From the NCBI GenBank assembly GCA_037308085.1, contig CP147779.1:2272001-2336000 (forward strand): a stretch of 64,000 nucleotides of DNA. The letters run 5' to 3'. The notes under the pieces are model-generated. The model was not told the DNA's origin. It saw only the letters and a program-made list of their open reading frames with translations, and did no database searches. The DNA is from Promethearchaeati archaeon SRVP18_Atabeyarchaeia-1. Its GTDB lineage: Archaea > Asgardarchaeota > Atabeyarchaeia > Atabeyarchaeales > Atabeyarchaeaceae. Within the stretch, counting starts at the first letter, position 1; each line of letters opens with the position of its first letter. The position numbers were made by a program, and so were the translations under genes. This document shows positions 57,936 through 64,000 of this stretch, in pieces.

Positions 57936-58664
57936 TCATCTACTGGCAGCGGGAATTGAGGACACGCTTATGCCTTCGGACGTGATATAGAAGTCGTGGC
58001 AATCCAATGAATGGTCGACGCCACGCATCTTTGGAATGTAGATCCTTCTCCTAACCTTGTTTTCCTCCAAACTCGATTCGAGGATGATTAGTCCGTCAGC
58101 TAGGAATTCCTCAAATCCCATTCCTATCTCCCTCTTGCCCCAGGGAATCTCCAAGATGAGGAGGGTTGTGCACCCAGTATTCGAAAGCAACTTGCTCATC
58201 ATTGAGATGAAGCTGCGGGCCTCAGACCTTGTGTGGACATAAGTCATGATAGCGGAGAGGCTGTCGACCACGAGTCGCTTGGCACCAAGTTCCGTGATGG
58301 AAGAGATCAGCTCTGCGAGGTTCGCTTCGACGCCTCTGTCGCTTGCCGACTGTACAAGGTCTAGAACGCTGAGCTTTCCTCCTTGCCCCAGCTTGTCCAG
58401 ATCCCAGCCAAGTCTGAGCATATCTCGCTTGAGCTTGGCGGCGCTCTCAACAAAGGATGCATAGATCCCCGGCTCATTCAGCAGCGATACACCGTTATAA
58501 ATGAACTGCATACCAAGAGTACTTTTCCCGGCGCCAGGCTGACCCGCTACCAGAATCACGTCTCCCTCATTGAAGCCACCGTCAATTATCCTATCCAGGG
58601 AAGGGATCCCCGAAGACAACACGTTTCTTCTCAATCTCAATATCCCCCTGCATGATCGTCCCAC
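57936..58664 (-). CDS. KaiC-like ATPase, intact Walker A
   Basis: SSGIPSLDRIIDGGF, GQPGAGKS, RLVVDS, EEFLADG, KMRG. Confidence 0.92.
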   Translation of the reverse strand: MGRSCRGILRLRRNVLSSGIPSLDRIIDGGFNEGDVILVAGQPGAGKSTLGMQFIYNGVSLLNEPGIYASFVESAAKLKRDMLRLGWDLDKLGQGGKLSVLDLVQSASDRGVEANLAELISSITELGAKRLVVDSLSAIMTYVHTRSEARSFISMMSKLLSNTGCTTLLILEIPWGKREIGMGFEEFLADGLIILESSLEENKVRRRIYIPKMRGVDHSLDCHDFYITSEGISVSSIPAASR

Positions 58665-58886
58665 CTTAATGGATACGGAAATGATTACCGCTGAACCTTA
58701 AAAGGATTTGACCGAGCACCGCATTACCGATGCTCCCTGGTGCGAGATTCGCATCGCACGTCCCCCCTCCCCCTCGGAGCGTTTGGTGTTGAGTCTTTCA
58801 CATCCCGCTTCACCGATGCGCTCCACAACATTTCCGACGGAGTTGCTTGGATATCATAAAAAGGGAGTGAACTCACTTCCATAGAC

Positions 58887-61800
58887 TCACTTTTCAGATT
58901 TCTTTGGAGCCGTTTGCGGCTTGGCAGATTCCTTTAGGTCATAGGATGATCCCAGCAGAGCTGGTGTTAGTATCTTCTCAAATAGCTCGATGTAGGGCTC
59001 CCCTATGCTCACGAGACCAACAAGCTCAGTGTCCTTTTGCGCCATCGGTGCGAAAAGTATCTCTTCAGAGTCCTTTGAACACCCGTAGCACGATAGATCT
59101 GCAGATGCTCTGAGGCTAACGTTTCCCATCTTAGCTATCTCTGCCAGTGTCTGCATCTCCTTTTCGTCACCTTTTGTTTCTCCAACGACCAGTGTTACTC
59201 TCGTCGCCTTCTTGACTTTGGGGATTTCTTCCAAGGGTGCCTCTGACACTGTTGGAAGCATGATCATTATGTGGCTCTTCGTCCGCTTTATCATATCCTG
59301 TACGTGTGACATCAGTGCCACTTTCGTCACCACAGGCCAACTCTTCTCGCCTCCAAACATCGGGCTCTTCTCAAGTTCCATCCAGGCGCTTTGGAGGACC
59401 CATTCAACGCTGGCGGATGTCTTCCTCAGCTTATCGATGCTCTCACTGAGGTTCGCCAGAGACTTCCTAGTCTCCTCTTTAAGTAGCGCTTCATTTTTGT
59501 CTATGTAGCCGATGAGAGTCGAGTCAGTGTTGGTCATGGAGTTCTCGAATCTGGTTTGGTGGGTCAGCATAGTCTCTTGGAGGTTCTTTTCGTTTACCAT
59601 TGATATCTCTCTGTATCTTTCGTAGGACCTCGATAGGAGGTATCCACATGTGCCAGCAGCACCAAATGCCTCTTGCTCGTAGTCCTGCAGGTGCGATGAG
59701 ATCACTCTTTGGAACCTCTCCTTTGCGCCGGCAGCTTCTGACTTGAACTCTCCAAGTGAAGTATTTGTCAGCTTGGTCAATGACGTGCAAATTGTAGATG
59801 TGGTGTCGACCATTGTGTTGATCTGTTTGTTTGAGACATCATTGAGTTCTTTCACAGTTTTGCCCGTGAGCTGCTCAATTTGTCCGGAGAGGTTCTCTTT
59901 CGACTCTGAGACTCTAGTCGTGGATGCTTCCACGAGGTTCTTGATTTCCTCCATTGCCTGTCCACTGAAGCTGGTAAGATCCCTCTGTAAAGCTGCAGCC
60001 AAGTTGTCGAACTCACCCGTGACGGCCGCCATCGCTCCCCGAATAGAGTTGGTCGTAGTCTCAGTAATCTCCTTACTCGTGGCGAAAGTAGAGCTAACCA
60101 GTTTGTTGACGTTAGATTGAATTAATGATCTTGCTCCATCAGAGTTCTTCGATGTCTGCACAACAAGCTGCTGCAGATTGGACTTGCCCCGTTGGATGTG
60201 CCCATCCAGCTGGTCGAGGTGCTTGGCCAGAGCCGCTTCTAGGGAAGCATGCGTTTCTGCGGCTAGATCACTAATTTCCTTTGTATGCAAAGCGTGTTGA
60301 GCATTCGCGCTTTCAATCAGCTGCTTCTGGATCCTAGTCAGAGACGCAATCTGTTTTGCATAAAGGTCAGCCAAAGCCTTTCTTGCAATCTCGCTCTCGC
60401 CAGCGTACTGCTTCGCTGAAACATCAATCATGTCCAGCACCAGATTCTCGAAGCTCCCGACCGATGAAGAGTAATCTGCAAATCTTGGCAGCAGGCTTGC
60501 TGCGACCACTTCACCCTTCTGTAGCTCGAGTCTTGCGTTCTTGATATTTGTGGATGGTGCCGCAACGACATCCGTTTGGATCCCTGTGATTTCTTCCTCG
60601 AAAGAACGGTGCGCAGTCGCAACTTCCTCCTTCAAGTATTTCCTCAATTCGTCAGTCACTCTCTTCTCAAAACCTTTCAGCACCTCCCTGACCTCTGAAG
60701 TAATGGAGGTCTTTCTTGCGGCTCCTGGTGACTTCTTGGTTGAAACTCTTGCGGGGTTCTCAGCGATTGGGATTGAAGGAACCGATGCAAGAATTCTTTC
60801 AACTATGCCATTCATCTCCTTCTCTAGGGCTGGGAAGTAGGAGGAAACTTTGCTCTCTGCTTTCTGAGACAGTCCTGACAACAGGGCGTCATTCTTCTTA
60901 CCCAGTGCGATGCTCATCTTCTGCAGATTCCTCTCAATGTCAGATACAACGGTTCCCAAGGCGTTGTTGCAGCCGGGGATTATTGTCGAGAGAATCGACT
61001 CTAGAAATGATGTTGTCAGCTGACATGATGAGATATGCGACGTAATGGTGCCGCTTAAGGTGCCTTTTATCGCTGAAGCAGCTCCAGTCAGATTGGCAAG
61101 TCCGCTTGAGTATACTTCTTCAACCCTCGCTCTTAGTTCCTCGAAAGAGGGCTTTGTTTTCGCAGCGACAGACTCAACCATCGTTTGAGCTGTCGAGCTG
61201 ATCTTGTCACCTTCGCGGATTGCGCTATTCACTAATATATCCAAGCTTCTGGAGACGAGCTGAGCTGATTCATTTACATCTGCCTTGTACATGAACCACC
61301 ATTTGCCAACAGATGTTGCGGTCTTCTCCTTGAATTCTGCTAGAAGTCTAGTCAGTTCTGCCGTGAAACTCTTCGTCGTCTCGTCAACTGAGGACTTCAA
61401 CTTGCTTAGGTTGGAGGAAGCCGACTTCATGAAACGATCTGTCACTTCTCTGATGTTGGACTGAACTTCCAGTGACTTCTCGCCAAAGGTTTTTCTCTGA
61501 TTCTCCAACGTTTCGGAACTCCGTGCCTTAACAGCAACTATAGTGGCTCTCTCTTTTTCCTCAAGTTTGCCCTGAATTGAGGCGATCTCGTTCTCAAGGA
61601 GAGTTAGGTTTTCTCTGCTCTGTGTTTTGTACTCTTGTAGGTCCGTGTTCACTGTCCCTAGGAACGTCTGAACCCCACCCTTGTAGCTCTCAAGGAAAGA
61701 CGAAGTCACGTCTGTTGCTTCCTTCAGATAATTCTTGGCAGCCGTATCGAACTTTGTCGTGACGTTGCCTATTCCTGAAGCCAGCTCCGCCTCTGCTTCA

Positions 61801-62375
61801 TTTGATTTCGCCTTATGCGTGTCGACGTGCTTCTTAATTGCGTCCGTAATCATGTTCTTCGTAACTTCGGTTTCCTGCTTGAGTTTCTCCAGCATCTCAG
61901 CGATGCTCTTCGAAGAGTTCTGCTCGTATAGCTCTATTTCACCTTTTGTTTGACCCACGCTTGATCTTGCAGTTTGCAGGGCCTCTTTCTTCCACTCCTC
62001 GCAGTTCTGGCTAACAGCTGCCAAGGTGGAATCAATAGTGCTTGTTGTGTTCGCCCCTATGTTCTTGGCAATCTTCTGAAAGTCCTTAAGAAAAGCCACG
62101 AACCCCGCATAAGGAGGTATGGCTGCATATCGGTCGACCACACTGGGGATCCGCCTGATCAACCGCTCATTTTCTAACTCAACCATCGCTTTCGATGTCA
62201 ACACGAAACCCAAACCACTCTTAGTTGAGATCTCTCCGGCTGTCATAGGACCGATGCTGAGAAGAACCCTGAGCGCATCTGTCGCCGGGTCGGAGATGCC
62301 CATTGCTTCCTTCAAGATCTGATTAAATAACACGCCTTCTTCTCCAACAGTCTTTGCCTGCGTCTCCTTTGCCAT
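58887..62375 (-). CDS. TrmB-like wHTH, ~900-aa helical/coiled-coil region and C-terminal TrmB effector (PLD-like) domain
   Basis: LLSIGPMTAGEISTKSG...YAAIPP; long heptad region; tail MIKRTKSHIMIMLP...KDSEEILFAP. Confidence 0.8.
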   Translation of the reverse strand: MAKETQAKTVGEEGVLFNQILKEAMGISDPATDALRVLLSIGPMTAGEISTKSGLGFVLTSKAMVELENERLIRRIPSVVDRYAAIPPYAGFVAFLKDFQKIAKNIGANTTSTIDSTLAAVSQNCEEWKKEALQTARSSVGQTKGEIELYEQNSSKSIAEMLEKLKQETEVTKNMITDAIKKHVDTHKAKSNEAEAELASGIGNVTTKFDTAAKNYLKEATDVTSSFLESYKGGVQTFLGTVNTDLQEYKTQSRENLTLLENEIASIQGKLEEKERATIVAVKARSSETLENQRKTFGEKSLEVQSNIREVTDRFMKSASSNLSKLKSSVDETTKSFTAELTRLLAEFKEKTATSVGKWWFMYKADVNESAQLVSRSLDILVNSAIREGDKISSTAQTMVESVAAKTKPSFEELRARVEEVYSSGLANLTGAASAIKGTLSGTITSHISSCQLTTSFLESILSTIIPGCNNALGTVVSDIERNLQKMSIALGKKNDALLSGLSQKAESKVSSYFPALEKEMNGIVERILASVPSIPIAENPARVSTKKSPGAARKTSITSEVREVLKGFEKRVTDELRKYLKEEVATAHRSFEEEITGIQTDVVAAPSTNIKNARLELQKGEVVAASLLPRFADYSSSVGSFENLVLDMIDVSAKQYAGESEIARKALADLYAKQIASLTRIQKQLIESANAQHALHTKEISDLAAETHASLEAALAKHLDQLDGHIQRGKSNLQQLVVQTSKNSDGARSLIQSNVNKLVSSTFATSKEITETTTNSIRGAMAAVTGEFDNLAAALQRDLTSFSGQAMEEIKNLVEASTTRVSESKENLSGQIEQLTGKTVKELNDVSNKQINTMVDTTSTICTSLTKLTNTSLGEFKSEAAGAKERFQRVISSHLQDYEQEAFGAAGTCGYLLSRSYERYREISMVNEKNLQETMLTHQTRFENSMTNTDSTLIGYIDKNEALLKEETRKSLANLSESIDKLRKTSASVEWVLQSAWMELEKSPMFGGEKSWPVVTKVALMSHVQDMIKRTKSHIMIMLPTVSEAPLEEIPKVKKATRVTLVVGETKGDEKEMQTLAEIAKMGNVSLRASADLSCYGCSKDSEEILFAPMAQKDTELVGLVSIGEPYIELFEKILTPALLGSSYDLKESAKPQTAPKKSEK

Positions 62376-62440
62376 CCTATCATTCCACTCCTTAAGATGA
62401 CTCTTTTAGATTATTCACGAAAATGCGAATCATTGCTCAA

Positions 62441-63301
62441 TTATGAATCCGACTTCCGGAGCTTCCTAAACTCCGTCAGGAATTCCCTGTTCAGCTCCAT
62501 AAGTTTGGAGGGGACGCCAGATGATGGCGAGCTAGGAACCCTCAAGATCTTCTCCCTCACAGCCGGGGCTTCAAAGGCATTCGATGCTTCTGGCACTGGG
62601 GTCGGTCCCATTTCTACAGCGGCGGATCTTCTCCCGACTATGCCCGCATTAGTCTTCGACTGAGATGACTTCGCAGAGGAAAGCACGCTCTTCAGCTCAT
62701 CTATCATCGCTCTTCTTGTATCCGACGGACCGCCCGGCTGGCCGAATTCCCTTCTTGGACCTCTCGGTGCCGTAGTTGCGGGTTGTCCAAGGTTCGTTGC
62801 TCGCTGAGAGTCTGCTTCATGCTCAGCGCTTACTCTGCCTGGAGCCCTGGAGTCAACAGTCTTAGGTTGTGCAACTGCTTCGCTCAGCTCATTCATCATT
62901 TTCAGTCTCGCGGGAGGCTCGGAGAATGTGGGGAACTCTTGATGCCACTTTGACTGCCTCTGCTCAATCACAGACAGTTTCTCAACGTACACGTCCCTGA
63001 GTCTTTCGTAGACTTTCGGGCCGACTATTCCCTCTTTCTTAGCTTTTTCGAGTGAGTTCAACGCTGCTTCAGCTGCTGCTTTTTCCACACCTAGCTTGAA
63101 GGCCTCCTCCCACCATGGGTCAGTCGGAAGCCCGATTGTGCTTCTGCTCCTCGTAGTAGGATGAGTTGAGCCTCTGGCTCCCATTTTCTCTCGCCGTTTT
63201 ACCCTGCCTTTCCCGTCTTTCTTCTTTCCCAACTGCACCAGCCTCAGTCTTTTGCTTCGAAGGACTCGTGACAAGGACATACTCGGTGATTGAATGGACA
63301 A
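62441..63301 (-). CDS. hypothetical protein: helical hairpin plus low-complexity linker with short amphipathic helices (start uncertain, possibly 63184)
   Basis: ALNSLEKAKKEGIVGPKVYERLRDVY; DTRRAMIDELKSVL; LMELNREFLTEFRKLRK. Confidence 0.65.
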   Translation of the reverse strand: MSIQSPSMSLSRVLRSKRLRLVQLGKKKDGKGRVKRREKMGARGSTHPTTRSRSTIGLPTDPWWEEAFKLGVEKAAAEAALNSLEKAKKEGIVGPKVYERLRDVYVEKLSVIEQRQSKWHQEFPTFSEPPARLKMMNELSEAVAQPKTVDSRAPGRVSAEHEADSQRATNLGQPATTAPRGPRREFGQPGGPSDTRRAMIDELKSVLSSAKSSQSKTNAGIVGRRSAAVEMGPTPVPEASNAFEAPAVREKILRVPSSPSSGVPSKLMELNREFLTEFRKLRKSDS

Positions 63302-63533
63302 GCTATCGAGACCGGACAGGATGATGTGATGAATGGGCTACGGTATCACTGCCAGCCTTGCTTGGATCGGACCCCCTTGCCAATCTTCGCAGAGATCTTC
63401 GTAACCTGTCCGGTGGACACTAATCAATTTCGAGTATAACTTATATAGATGTTTCTGGCATGTTGTATCTTACCCAACAATTCCTCGCCTTTTTTTGCGA
63501 GAGCCGCAAAAGCAGGGGGATGTGTAACCTACA

Positions 63534-63953
63534 ATGTCTCAAGATGTGACATTTGCTAAGATGGTAAAGCTCTCTGATGAGCCGATAGTTCTGCCAAGCA
63601 TGTTTCAAAAGGTCTTGGGGGAAAACAAACATGCGCTAATGATCCTCGCGGTCTCCACCAAGACAATCCGGTTGATTCCCACGGCAAGCCCAGAAGTGGT
63701 GAAGGTTGGTATTGAGATCAAGCAGTTGACCCCAGAATACCTCAAGAATATGAGTGAAGCATTCGTTAAGCATGACCTGAAGGTTGTTTACTCTACTGGA
63801 TTCTGCTACAAGGGTGAAAAGTGCATTTACGAAGCATACTTTGATCCTACAGAGATCAAGATGGACGACGACAAGCTCAGGGAGATAATTCAGTCACTGG
63901 AGGGCACTACGAGGATCGAAGTCACAAGGATCAATACAGAATCTTCTTCCTAG
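63534..63953 (+). CDS. hypothetical protein, possible ACT-like C-terminal domain
   Basis: 139 aa; TATA-like CTTATATA upstream; YSTGFC...CIYEAYF. Confidence 0.75.
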   Translation: MSQDVTFAKMVKLSDEPIVLPSMFQKVLGENKHALMILAVSTKTIRLIPTASPEVVKVGIEIKQLTPEYLKNMSEAFVKHDLKVVYSTGFCYKGEKCIYEAYFDPTEIKMDDDKLREIIQSLEGTTRIEVTRINTESSS

Positions 63954-64000
63954 TCAGGAATCAGAGACTGGAGCTTAATCAATCACTTGTGAAGCGTGGT

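Noticed and set aside
19545-58664. Circadian clock interpretation of the KaiC-like genes
   Set aside because: All are single-domain, with no KaiA or KaiB and no clock-type phospho-Ser/Thr pair.
1-64000. CRISPR arrays, transposases, integrases, rRNA or tRNA genes
   Set aside because: No regularly spaced repeats, recombinase or transposase motifs, or RNA gene signatures were seen by eye.

Overview
A gene-dense window of about 50% GC from an archaeon. Asgard affinity is inferred from a Rag-like small GTPase, several longin/uDENN-like proteins, a membrane-anchored HEAT-RING protein and a giant TrmB-coiled-coil protein. From left to right it holds: a Dpp/Opp-type peptide ABC transporter with a divergent, circularly permuted binding protein; other transporters (DMT-Lrp fusion, ClC, ABC-2); stomatin; a GH94-like glycosidase; two Walker-A-defective KaiC-like proteins; a biotin/B12 methylmalonyl-CoA cluster with no biotin carboxylase; a radical SAM/SPASM operon; flavoproteins; and a signalling island of about 15 kb (44.0-58.7 kb). 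Two candidate undescribed systems stand out. (1) A four-gene operon with a PlpX-like (tyramine-excising splicease) radical SAM enzyme, two paralogous single-pass membrane proteins with Tyr motifs (LYG, PMYS, RYN) and a methyltransferase-TPR protein. (2) An island combining a RagA/Gtr1-like GTPase, NPRL2/DENN-like and longin proteins, three V4R proteins, KaiC-like ATPases and a complete RsbR/RsbS/RsbT/RsbX stressosome. I saw no rRNA, tRNA, CRISPR array or transposase. All family assignments come from motifs recognised by eye, not from database searches.
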